Part shown: positions 10,011 through 18,059 of the stretch, piece after piece
Position numbering within the stretch: position 1 is the stretch's first letter
How the letters are laid out: the number at the start of each line of letters is the position of its first letter
Sequence record: MG641885.1
Direction: 5' to 3' (one strand)
DNA: 32,000 bases
Source: Salmonella phage PMBT28
Notes under the pieces: model-generated
Told to the model about the DNA's origin: nothing
Databases searched by the model: none
The model's input: the letters and a program-made list of their open reading frames with translations, nothing else
Program-made: the position numbers and the translations under genes

Positions 10011-10385
10011 ATGAACCAGAAGAAGCCACGCGTTTTCGTCGTGCAGGAAAACCCGAACCTGAACTATACGTCAGCCGAGCAGTTCGGCGAAGTGGTCTTC
10101 ATGACCGCCGTGGAGTTTAGCCCGATGAAAAACAGCCCACGGAATAAGTTCATCCTCGACGGTATCGAGGCCATGATGCGCGACTTCGACCCGGACGTGG
10201 ATTATCTGCTCCTGTCGGGCAACCCTATCATCATGGGCTACGTGTTCCATCTGGCCATGAGCAAAAAGCCAGAGGTGTCCGTGCTCTGGTGGTCCCGAGA
10301 TGACCGCAAGTATAACGAGGTCCTGTTCAATCCGGAGTTCATTAAATCCGTTGGTACGCCAACCATCCCAGTAATATATAAGTGA
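10011..10385 (+). CDS. Hypothetical phage protein
   Basis: ATG at 10011 after a gagatacgag RBS; the track start at 9912 reads through the upstream stop/promoter region. Confidence 0.75.
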   Translation: MNQKKPRVFVVQENPNLNYTSAEQFGEVVFMTAVEFSPMKNSPRNKFILDGIEAMMRDFDPDVDYLLLSGNPIIMGYVFHLAMSKKPEVSVLWWSRDDRKYNEVLFNPEFIKSVGTPTIPVIYK

Positions 10386-10393
10386 GATAAGAG

Positions 10394-10927
10394 ATGACTG
10401 ATACTACTCAAGAAATGACCGCAGCCCCAGCCGACAACAGTGTGCTGGCCCGTATCGCCACCCTGACCGCTCAACTGCGTTCGGCCTGTGACCTCTACTC
10501 GGTCGATGCCGTGGGCGACAAGATGCGTGCCGCCGACCTGAAAACGCTGGCCATGGTGCACCAGAACCTCAACGACCTGACCGACGAAATCGACGAAGCG
10601 CGTAAGGTGCTGAGCAAAACGTACGACTGGCTCCGCCACAGCCTGATGATTGACAAGATGGACGACGCCGGGCTGGAGTCCTTCTCCGTCGCTGGGGTTG
10701 GCCGTGTCTACATCCAGTCTAGCCTAAACGCTTCGATTAAGGCAGGTGCCAAAGAGGGCGCGTATGTGTGGCTGCAGGACCACGGCCACGGCGACCTCAT
10801 TCAGGAGACGGTCAACGCGTCGAGCCTCAAGGCTCTGGCCAAGGCCAAAATTCAGGACAACGACGCTCTCCCGGCAGACCTGTTCAACGTGTCCCCGAAA
10901 ACGTTCGTGGTCATCCAGAAGAAATGA
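10394..10927 (+). CDS. Conserved hypothetical phage protein
   Basis: 177-aa ORF; text ESFSVAGVGRVYIQSSLNASIKAG...LIQETVNASSLKA...LPADLFNVSPKTFVVI resembles a family I recall from phage replication regions. Confidence 0.75.
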   Translation: MTDTTQEMTAAPADNSVLARIATLTAQLRSACDLYSVDAVGDKMRAADLKTLAMVHQNLNDLTDEIDEARKVLSKTYDWLRHSLMIDKMDDAGLESFSVAGVGRVYIQSSLNASIKAGAKEGAYVWLQDHGHGDLIQETVNASSLKALAKAKIQDNDALPADLFNVSPKTFVVIQKK

Positions 10928-10950
10928 CCCGTTGGGGCAAAAGGCATACA

Positions 10951-10979
10951 TTGCATACCCGCTGAGGGTATGCTATAAT
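10951..10979 (+). promoter_or_regulatory. Sigma70-like promoter TTGCAT-17-TATAAT followed by a 5' stem-loop (10989-11005)
   Basis: Perfect -10, 17-bp spacer, leader hairpin GGCGGG-GTGGT-CCCGCC. Confidence 0.7.
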
Positions 10980-11040
10980 AGAGTTTCTGGCGGGGTGGTC
11001 CCGCCGACATCAACCAACAGAGCAACCAGAGGGTTTAATC

Positions 11041-11313
11041 ATGGAAAAAGCTACCAAACTGACTATCGTACTGCAGCCGACCAACGTTGAGCAGTTCAAA
11101 TCCCGTACCATCGCCGACGCCGCTGTGCTGGAGCTGGCCGCTAAGGTCGTCGAAGCAGGTCAGGAGCACGGCTTCGGTACTGCGTCCGCACCGACCGTCT
11201 TCAAAGTGAACGGTGAGAAGGTGAAAGCGTACACCAACAAAGGTGGCGACATCACCGTGGCGCTGACTGGCATCCACGCCGAGCCGCCTAAAAACGCGCC
11301 GATCGAGCTGTAA
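11041..11313 (+). CDS. Hypothetical small protein
   Basis: 90-aa ORF downstream of a strong promoter; strong GC3 coding bias. Confidence 0.75.
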   Translation: MEKATKLTIVLQPTNVEQFKSRTIADAAVLELAAKVVEAGQEHGFGTASAPTVFKVNGEKVKAYTNKGGDITVALTGIHAEPPKNAPIEL

Positions 11314-11320
11314 TGCTGGT

Positions 11321-11341
11321 GGGGGCCTTGTAGGGGCCCCC
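11321..11341 (+). terminator. Stem-loop GGGGGCC-TTGTAGG-GGCCCCC between genes
   Basis: 7-bp perfect stem just after a stop codon; followed by ctaaaaatac, no T-tract. Confidence 0.45.
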
Positions 11342-11421
11342 TAAAAATACCCTGCTAGAATCGTGAATCAAGAAACACCCCCGTGCAATAGCACTAATCC
11401 TATAGATGAGAGATAAACAAC

Positions 11422-12180
11422 ATGGCTGGTAAGAAAAACGAAGTAGCAACCACCGCAGGTTTCGACGTATCCGCGCTGTCTGGTCAGGTTCCTGACTTCC
11501 TGCGTGATAAGATGGGCGAAGGCCGTGGCAACGAGGGCGTAGGCTCCGATGACATGACAGTACCCCGCCTCGAACTGGTGCAGTCCCTGTCCGAGGTCCG
11601 CAAAAAAGCATCCCCGAACTACATCGAGGGCATCCAAGAGGGCGACCTCTACAACAACGTGACCCGCGAAGTCTACGGCGAGTCGGTGCTGTTCGTCCCG
11701 GTGGCGTTCGTCAAAGAGTACCTGCTGTGGCGCGACCAGAAAGCAGGCGGTGGATTCGGTGGCTCCTTCGCGACCGAAGAAGAAGCCGAGGGCGTACGCT
11801 CCACGATGGAAAAACCGGAAGAGTGGGAAGTGGTCGACACCCCGCAGCACTTCGGTCTCATCATCTCCGAAGCGACTGGCCAAATCATCGAAGCCGTGGT
11901 CTCCATGGCGAAGTCCAAAGCTCGCGTATCTCGTAAGTTCAACAGCCTCGTGCGCCTGAACGGTGGCGACCGCTTCTCTCGCATCTACCGTATTCGCGGT
12001 GTGAGCGACCAGAACAAAGCGGGTCAGGACTTCTTCAACCTCGCTATAGATGGCGTGGCGTTCGTCAACGAAGCGCTCTACCGCCGTGCAGAAAGCTTCT
12101 ACGAGCTTCTGATGTCTGGTAAGGTGGCAGCCGACCGCACGTTCGAAGCTGACCCGGTGGACACCGCCACCGAGATGTAA
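11422..12180 (+). CDS. Conserved phage replication-region protein, possible DNA-binding protein
   Basis: 252-aa ORF; text MTVPRLELVQSLSEVRKKASPNYIEGIQEGDLYNNVTREVYGESVLFVPVAFVKEYLLWRD; adjacent to the helicase and polymerase genes. Confidence 0.7.
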   Translation: MAGKKNEVATTAGFDVSALSGQVPDFLRDKMGEGRGNEGVGSDDMTVPRLELVQSLSEVRKKASPNYIEGIQEGDLYNNVTREVYGESVLFVPVAFVKEYLLWRDQKAGGGFGGSFATEEEAEGVRSTMEKPEEWEVVDTPQHFGLIISEATGQIIEAVVSMAKSKARVSRKFNSLVRLNGGDRFSRIYRIRGVSDQNKAGQDFFNLAIDGVAFVNEALYRRAESFYELLMSGKVAADRTFEADPVDTATEM

Positions 12181-12210
12181 TGCAGTACCAACGGGACTAG
12201 TTCTCCCCTT

Positions 12211-12230
12211 CGGCCCCGGAAACGGGGCCG
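12211..12230 (+). terminator. Stem-loop with GAAA tetraloop (CGGCCCCG-GAAA-CGGGGCCG)
   Basis: Perfect 8-bp stem in the gap between genes; no T-tract, so it may be an mRNA processing or stability element. Confidence 0.5.
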
Positions 12231-12250
12231 CTACTTAAGAGAGATACAAC

Positions 12251-13729
12251 ATGAGCAACTACGTAGCTATCTACGGACCTCCGGGCACAGGCAAATCTAC
12301 CGAGGTCATCCGCCGCTTCTCCAAAATCCTCGACGATGGCATCAACCCAAACCGTATCGGCCTAGTGTCATTCACCAAAGCAGCAGCTAAAGAGCTGGCC
12401 GAGCGCATCGGCGTCAATACCCCCAATATCGCCACCATCCACAGCTACTGTTACCGCCTCCTCGGTCTGACCAAGCAGCAGGTGGTAGGCTGGTCTCACC
12501 TGAAAGAGTTCGAAAAGGTGGTGGGCATCGAAATCCGTGGCGACAACCCGGACGAAGAGGAAGAACTCTGCGAGGGCGACATGTACCTCACCCTCTACGG
12601 CCTCGCGCATGCTCGCATGAAGAGCTACGAGGACATCTACGATGAGTCGGACCAACCCGGCTCCCGTGACCGCTTCATCTACTTCTCTCAAACATACGAC
12701 AACTGGAAAAACGCATATGGCTACGTTGACTTCTCGGACATGCTTGGTGGCGCTCTTGATGTGCCTCCCCCTTCTGTCGACTGGCTGTTCGTCGACGAAG
12801 CCCAAGACCTCTCCCCTCTACAATGGGCGGTTATTAGACATTGGGCGGGAGCTATTGGCAACATCACCATCGCTGGCGACGATGACCAAGCCATCTACGT
12901 ATGGGGCGGGGCGGACCCGGACGGTATGCACCGTTTCGAGCGCGAGTATGGGGCCGACCGCGTCGTACTCGGACAGAGTTATCGTGTGCCGAAATTAGCC
13001 CACAGGCTGGCCGAGCGCGTCATCACGCAGGTATCATCACGTGTTGACAAGGAATACCTCCCGCGTGACGAGGTCGGGGAAATCAAGCACCACAACAGCC
13101 CCCACAGCCTCAAGCTGGAGCATGGTGTCGACACCCTTGTGTTATACCGCAGTCACTACATGCGCAAAGAGATAGAGGAATATCTCATCCAGCGCAAAAT
13201 CCCATACGTCACCGACTCGGGCCGTCCGGGTCTGATGCAAGGCACCGTGGCGGCCTCCCTACGCCTCATCAAAAAGATGCGCGAGAACATCGAGCGCCTC
13301 GGCAAGCCAGCCCTGACCGACGCCGAACTGCGCATAGTCCGTCGCAACATGACCCCGATGGCGCAGGCCCACCTCGACAACGAGCGGTATGCAAAGCTGC
13401 TTGAGCGTCAGCCGTGGGACCATCTCAAGCTGGGCGGCCCGTGGTTAGCGTATCTGCGCCATATCGAGCGTGCGTACGGCATGGAGTGCAAGCCAACAAT
13501 CCACCTGTCCACCATCCATGGCTCAAAGGGTCGTCAGGCCGAGCGAGTGGTGCTAATCAACGACGTAAGCAATAAGACCGCTGGCAACATGGAGACCCGC
13601 GACGGGTTCGACGCAGAGATGCGTACGTTTTACGTTGGCGTGACACGTACCATGAAGATGCTGGACATCGTCCATGGCGACAACGCCCTGCCTGTGCTGA
13701 TGAAGCCAGTTCACAAGGAGGCTAACTAA
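12251..13729 (+). CDS. UvrD/Rep-like superfamily 1 helicase
   Basis: Walker A YGPPGTGKST; motif II VDEAQDLSP; GDDDQAIYVWGGA; STIHGSKGRQAERVVL. Confidence 0.9.
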   Translation: MSNYVAIYGPPGTGKSTEVIRRFSKILDDGINPNRIGLVSFTKAAAKELAERIGVNTPNIATIHSYCYRLLGLTKQQVVGWSHLKEFEKVVGIEIRGDNPDEEEELCEGDMYLTLYGLAHARMKSYEDIYDESDQPGSRDRFIYFSQTYDNWKNAYGYVDFSDMLGGALDVPPPSVDWLFVDEAQDLSPLQWAVIRHWAGAIGNITIAGDDDQAIYVWGGADPDGMHRFEREYGADRVVLGQSYRVPKLAHRLAERVITQVSSRVDKEYLPRDEVGEIKHHNSPHSLKLEHGVDTLVLYRSHYMRKEIEEYLIQRKIPYVTDSGRPGLMQGTVAASLRLIKKMRENIERLGKPALTDAELRIVRRNMTPMAQAHLDNERYAKLLERQPWDHLKLGGPWLAYLRHIERAYGMECKPTIHLSTIHGSKGRQAERVVLINDVSNKTAGNMETRDGFDAEMRTFYVGVTRTMKMLDIVHGDNALPVLMKPVHKEAN

Positions 13730-15606
13730 TGGCTATCTTCCCGAGACTCGAAAACTACTCCGAGGTCGCCATCGATACCGAGACCACTGGCCTCGATTGG
13801 TTCCGCAACGACAAGCCGTTCGGCGTGGCGATAGCCCTGCCCAATGGGTATAGCGAGTATTACGACATCCGTAAGGACCTCGCCGCGTACCAGTGGCTCC
13901 GCGATTCGGTGCACAAGATTCGCCGGGCGGTCAACCACAACATGAAGTTCGATATCCACATGTTGCGGAAAATCGACGTGCACGTCAACACCCGCACCGC
14001 CGAGTGCACCCAAATCCGTGCGGCGCTCATCAACGAGCACCTGATGAGCTACAGCCTCGACAGCCTCGCCAAGAAATACCTCAAGGCCGAAAAGGTCGAT
14101 GATATCTATGAGGAGCTGGCCAAGCTGTTCGGCGGCCCGGCCACCCGTAAGGCACAAGCCCCTAACTTCCACCGTGCGCCCGAGTCCATGATGCGCCGCT
14201 ATGCCAAGGTCGATGCCGAGTTAGCCCTGCAGCTATGGCAGTGGCAGGAGGAGGAGATAGCCCGGCAGGACCTGCACGAGGTGTGGCGTCTTGAGATGCG
14301 GCTGCAGCCCCACGTCATCGAGTCCGAGCGTGTGGGCATCAGGGTAGATGAAGAACTGGCCCATAAGCGTATCGGCGACCTGACCAAAATCGTGGACCAG
14401 ACCCGCAAGGAAATCAACCGACTGGCTGGCTTCGAGGTCAACCCGAACCCGTCAGGCTCCATCAAGCGCCTGTTCGAGCCGTACAAGGAGGGCGACCAGT
14501 GGTACGCCAAGGATGGGACCCCAATCGGTACGACCGACGCCGGGCAGCCATCGCTCGGGGCCGACGCGCTCAAGGCCATCAAGCACCCGGCAGCTGGGCT
14601 CATCCTCAAGTGCCGCAAGATGATAAAGACCCGTGACACGTTCATCTCTGGCCACGTACTGGGGAACATCGTCGACGGGTACGTCCACCCGAACATCAAC
14701 CAGACCAAGGGCGAGACTGGCGGTGATGACTCCGGGACCGAGGGCACTGGCACTGGCCGCCTGTCGTACACGCGCCCGGCGCTCCAACAAATCCCGAGCC
14801 GTGACAAAGAGGTAGCCGCGCTGGTGCGTCCAATCTTCCTGCCCGATGAGGGCCAGCAGTGGACCTACGGCGACCTCGACCAGCATGAATTCAGGATATT
14901 CGCCCACTACGCGAACCCGAAGAGCCTCATCGACGCGTACACCGAAAACCCGGACCTCGACATGCACCAAATCGTGGCCGACATGACGGGCATGCCGCGC
15001 TCGGCCCCGGCGTCAGGTGGTGCGAACGCCAAGCAAATCAACCTCGCCATGGTGTTCAACATGGGCGGCGGCGAGCTGGCCTCCCAGATGTCTCTCCCGT
15101 ACACGTGGGAGACCGCCACATTCAAGGGCGAGTCCGAGGCACGCCGATTCAAGAAGGCCGGGGAAGAGGCCCTCGCGGTCATGGAGAAATACTACCGTGC
15201 CATACCGGGCGTGCGAGAGGTGGCGCGGCAGGCGTCCTCGCTGGCCAAGTCGCGTGGCTACGTGAAGACCATGTACGGGCGCAAGATACGCTTCCCCGGT
15301 GGCATGTTCACCTACAAGGCATCCGGGCTGGTGTATCAGGGCACGGCAGCGGACTTCAACAAGCGCAACATCTGCGAGATAGCGGAATACATCGAGTCCG
15401 AGTGTCCGCACTACCGCTTCCTGCTGAACATCCATGATGAATACAGCATGTCGATGGTGGACGAGGGCGACATCACCGTCCGTCACCTTAAGGAGATGAA
15501 GCGCCTCGTTGAAAACAAAGGGCTGAGGGTTCCTATCCGCATCGACTTTGGTGGTCTCGCACCGAACTGGTGGGAAGCGACCAAGATGGACGCAGTCACT
15601 AAATGA
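13729..15606 (+). CDS. dpoZ: Family A DNA polymerase with 3'-5' exonuclease domain, DpoZ candidate
   Basis: Exo motifs AIDTETTG, NHNMKFD, YAKVDAELALQLW; pol motif A YGDLDQHEFRIFAHY, motif B KQINLAMVFNMGGG, motif C NIHDEY. DpoZ assignment rests on linkage to purZ/datZ/mazZ-like genes. Confidence 0.85.
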   Translation: MAIFPRLENYSEVAIDTETTGLDWFRNDKPFGVAIALPNGYSEYYDIRKDLAAYQWLRDSVHKIRRAVNHNMKFDIHMLRKIDVHVNTRTAECTQIRAALINEHLMSYSLDSLAKKYLKAEKVDDIYEELAKLFGGPATRKAQAPNFHRAPESMMRRYAKVDAELALQLWQWQEEEIARQDLHEVWRLEMRLQPHVIESERVGIRVDEELAHKRIGDLTKIVDQTRKEINRLAGFEVNPNPSGSIKRLFEPYKEGDQWYAKDGTPIGTTDAGQPSLGADALKAIKHPAAGLILKCRKMIKTRDTFISGHVLGNIVDGYVHPNINQTKGETGGDDSGTEGTGTGRLSYTRPALQQIPSRDKEVAALVRPIFLPDEGQQWTYGDLDQHEFRIFAHYANPKSLIDAYTENPDLDMHQIVADMTGMPRSAPASGGANAKQINLAMVFNMGGGELASQMSLPYTWETATFKGESEARRFKKAGEEALAVMEKYYRAIPGVREVARQASSLAKSRGYVKTMYGRKIRFPGGMFTYKASGLVYQGTAADFNKRNICEIAEYIESECPHYRFLLNIHDEYSMSMVDEGDITVRHLKEMKRLVENKGLRVPIRIDFGGLAPNWWEATKMDAVTK

Positions 15607-15619
15607 TGAGTTGGGGCCC

Positions 15620-15648
15620 CTTGACTGGGGCCCAACCGTATGATATAC
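15620..15648 (+). promoter_or_regulatory. Sigma70-like promoter TTGACT-17-TATACT
   Basis: Exact 17-bp spacer ggggcccaaccgtatga; precedes the 15683 ORF. Confidence 0.65.
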
Positions 15649-15682
15649 TAATCTTTTCTAGCAACACGACCGGAGATACGAG

Positions 15683-16024
15683 ATGGCAGAATACGACAAC
15701 ACGAACAGAGGTGCTCTGTTCCCTAACGACCGCAAGACGCCCGGCAGCCGCCAGCCTGACTACAAAGGCAGCATCAACATCGAGGGTGTCGAGTACTGGC
15801 TGTCTGGTTGGGTCCGCGATACCCGTCAGGGTCAAATTGTGTCGATGTCCGTAGAGCCAAAAGAGGCTAGACCGGGGCAGAACCAACAGCAGCACACCCC
15901 GCGTGCACAGGGCCCCCGCACCCTGAACCCGACCTCGGGCGGCCATCGCGACCCGACCCCGAACGGTACGAGTCAGGCCCAAAACGAGCCGCCGATGGAC
16001 TTCGACGACGACATCCCATTCTGA
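15683..16024 (+). CDS. Small OB-like ssDNA-binding candidate with an enterobacterial SSB-type C-terminal tip
   Basis: Folded N-terminal part NTNRGALFPNDRKTPGSRQPDYKGSINIEGVEYWLSGW; Gln/Pro/Asn-rich linker; last residues NEPPMDFDDDIPF; lies between dpoZ and purZ-like genes. Confidence 0.75.
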   Translation: MAEYDNTNRGALFPNDRKTPGSRQPDYKGSINIEGVEYWLSGWVRDTRQGQIVSMSVEPKEARPGQNQQQHTPRAQGPRTLNPTSGGHRDPTPNGTSQAQNEPPMDFDDDIPF

Positions 16025-16070
16025 GAGCGCTACATCTTTTAACTAACGTGCAACCGCACAGGAGCAGCAA

Positions 16071-17174
16071 ATGAACAGCAACAAAAAAGCAACTATCGTA
16101 GTAGACGCGCAGTTCGGCAGCACTGGCAAGGGCCTCATCGCCGGATATCTGGCCGAGCGCGACCAGCCTGATGTGGTCATGACCGCGTGGAGTGCCAACG
16201 CTGGCCACACCTACATCAACGCCGAAGGGCGTAAGTTCGTCCATTGCATGCTGGCCAACGGCATCGTATCGCCGAAGCTCACCACCGTGCTGATTGGGCC
16301 GGGGTCACAGATGAACGCCGAGCTGTTGCGTGACGAAATCCTGTCATGCGCCGACCTGCTGCAGGGCAAAACCATCCTGCTGCACGCCTCCGCTGCTCTG
16401 ATTTTACAGAAGCACGTCGAGGAAGAGGCTGGCCCGATGACCAAAATCGGCTCGACCAAGAAAGGCTGTGGCGCGGCCATGATTGCCAAAATCCGTCGCA
16501 ACCCGGACGACAACAACACCGTAGGCGCGAACGGCGACTACATGGAAGAGCACATCTACGGCCCGGTCCGTGAAGCTGGCGTGTTCATCCGCACCGCTAC
16601 CAACGCTGAATATATGGCCGTGGTCTACGACGCAGAGCGTATTCAGGTGGAAGGGGCGCAGGGTTTCAGCCTCGGCATCAACAACGGCTTCTATCCGTAC
16701 GTGACCTCCCGCGAGTGCACCCCGGCGCAGGTGGCGGTCGACGTCAACCTGCCGCTGGCGTTCATCGACAAGGTCGTGGCTTGCATGCGTACCCTGCCGA
16801 TTCGCGTGGCGAACCGCTACAACGATAAAGGCGAGCAGATTGGCTGGTCCGGTCCGTGCTACCCTGACCAGAAAGAGCTGGACTGGGAGAAGGACCTCGG
16901 GATGGAAGCCGAACTCACTACCGTGACCAAGCTCCCGCGCCGTATCTTTACGTTCTCCTACGAGCAGACCAAAGCGGCGCTGGAGGTCATCCGCCCGGAT
17001 GAGGTGTTCCTCAACTTCTGCAACTACCTCGAACCGGACGAAGTGGCGGCGGTCATCGGGACCATCGAGCGTGCGGCACACGAGCTTAAAGTGCCGGGTC
17101 CGATGCCGCTGGCCCGTTACTATGGCTACGGTCCGACCGTAAACGACATCGACCTCGATATGCGTCACCAGTAA
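16071..17174 (+). CDS. purZ: PurZ-type N6-succino-2-amino-2'-deoxyadenylate synthetase (adenylosuccinate synthetase family)
   Basis: PurA-fold motifs VVDAQFGSTGKG (PurA QWGDEGKG with D->S), NAGHTYIN, IGSTKKGCGAAM, QVEGAQGF. Followed by mazZ/datZ-like genes. Confidence 0.9.
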   Translation: MNSNKKATIVVDAQFGSTGKGLIAGYLAERDQPDVVMTAWSANAGHTYINAEGRKFVHCMLANGIVSPKLTTVLIGPGSQMNAELLRDEILSCADLLQGKTILLHASAALILQKHVEEEAGPMTKIGSTKKGCGAAMIAKIRRNPDDNNTVGANGDYMEEHIYGPVREAGVFIRTATNAEYMAVVYDAERIQVEGAQGFSLGINNGFYPYVTSRECTPAQVAVDVNLPLAFIDKVVACMRTLPIRVANRYNDKGEQIGWSGPCYPDQKELDWEKDLGMEAELTTVTKLPRRIFTFSYEQTKAALEVIRPDEVFLNFCNYLEPDEVAAVIGTIERAAHELKVPGPMPLARYYGYGPTVNDIDLDMRHQ

Positions 17175-17186
17175 GGAGCAGGGGCC

Positions 17187-18059
17187 ATGACCGGAATCAA
17201 GTTTGACCAAGGCAAGGCCCCGCTTAGTCTGATTGACCCGCGCTTCACCGAGGAGGTGGCGCGGGTTCTGGCTATCGGGGAACAGAAATACGGACGAGCG
17301 AACTGGCAGGGGCTCAAAATAGAGCGTCTGCTGGACGCCGTCAAAAGGCATGTACTAGAATTAGAGAAGAGCAACGACCATGACGACGAAACCGGACTCC
17401 ACCATGCAGCACACGCCGCCAGCGGGCTTATGTTCATCTTCTGGCTCCTCAACAACCGACCAACCTCGGACGACCGCAGATGGTCTGCCGCCGTGCCGGG
17501 AGTGCGGGAGCAACGAGGCAGTGTACAGCCCGTCCCGGATAGCGAAGAAGGACTGGATATGCAACCAGTGCCTGCGCCGTCGCCATCGCGCAGCAAAAAA
17601 AGAGCGTATTCAACGGGGACAATAGCCGATGTACAGAAGCTTATCAGTGGATGGGCTGACCGAACCTTTCCTGACAGAACCATCGGAGAGGCCATCCTCA
17701 AACTCAAAAAAGAGCTGGCCGAGCTTGACACCGCTAGCTATCTTGACGCGGGGGAATTCGCGGACGTCGCCATACTGCTCCTTGATATCGCCCAGCTTGC
17801 CGGAATCGATATCGCCACCGCCGTGGCAAACAAGATGGCTATCAATGAGCGTCGTGTGTGGCAGCGCCTCGAAGATGGCACACATCAACACGTTATCGAT
17901 GGGGGACGCACTGATGGAGTCGACCCAATCATTCGCGTGGCCATGCTCCCCACAGACCCCACTGGGTCTCACCTCTGCGTCGTCTGTGGACAGCGCTTTG
18001 GTTCTGAAGACGATAGAGCAAGCCATTATACAACTACGCACGGAGACCGTAAACCATGA
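17187..18059 (+). CDS. mazZ: MazZ-like nucleotide pyrophosphohydrolase: N-terminal dATP/dGTP diphosphohydrolase-like domain, C-terminal MazG-like domain, terminal C2H2 zinc finger
   Basis: KFDQGKAPLSLIDPRFTEEVARVLAIGEQKYGRANWQGL...HHAAHAASGLMFIFWL; then AILKLKKELAELDT...GEFADVAILLLDIAQLAGI; then CVVCGQRFGSEDDRASHYTTTH (CX2C-X12-HX4H). Interior region has a frame anomaly (see findings). Confidence 0.8.
   Translation: MTGIKFDQGKAPLSLIDPRFTEEVARVLAIGEQKYGRANWQGLKIERLLDAVKRHVLELEKSNDHDDETGLHHAAHAASGLMFIFWLLNNRPTSDDRRWSAAVPGVREQRGSVQPVPDSEEGLDMQPVPAPSPSRSKKRAYSTGTIADVQKLISGWADRTFPDRTIGEAILKLKKELAELDTASYLDAGEFADVAILLLDIAQLAGIDIATAVANKMAINERRVWQRLEDGTHQHVIDGGRTDGVDPIIRVAMLPTDPTGSHLCVVCGQRFGSEDDRASHYTTTHGDRKP
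17380..17625 (+). CDS. Out-of-frame zinc-ribbon reading frame nested in the mazZ-like ORF, possibly a frameshift segment
   Basis: PPCRECGSNEAVYSPSRIAKKDWICNQCLRRRHRAAKKERIQRGQ has CX2C...CX2C, and its codons carry G/C third positions where the main frame does not. The start codon is uncertain. Confidence 0.5.
   Translation: MTTKPDSTMQHTPPAGLCSSSGSSTTDQPRTTADGLPPCRECGSNEAVYSPSRIAKKDWICNQCLRRRHRAAKKERIQRGQ

Noticed and set aside
16404-17351. Minus-strand ORF of 315 aa opposite the purZ-like gene
   Set aside because: Antisense shadow of a strongly conserved + strand gene; no domain-like features.
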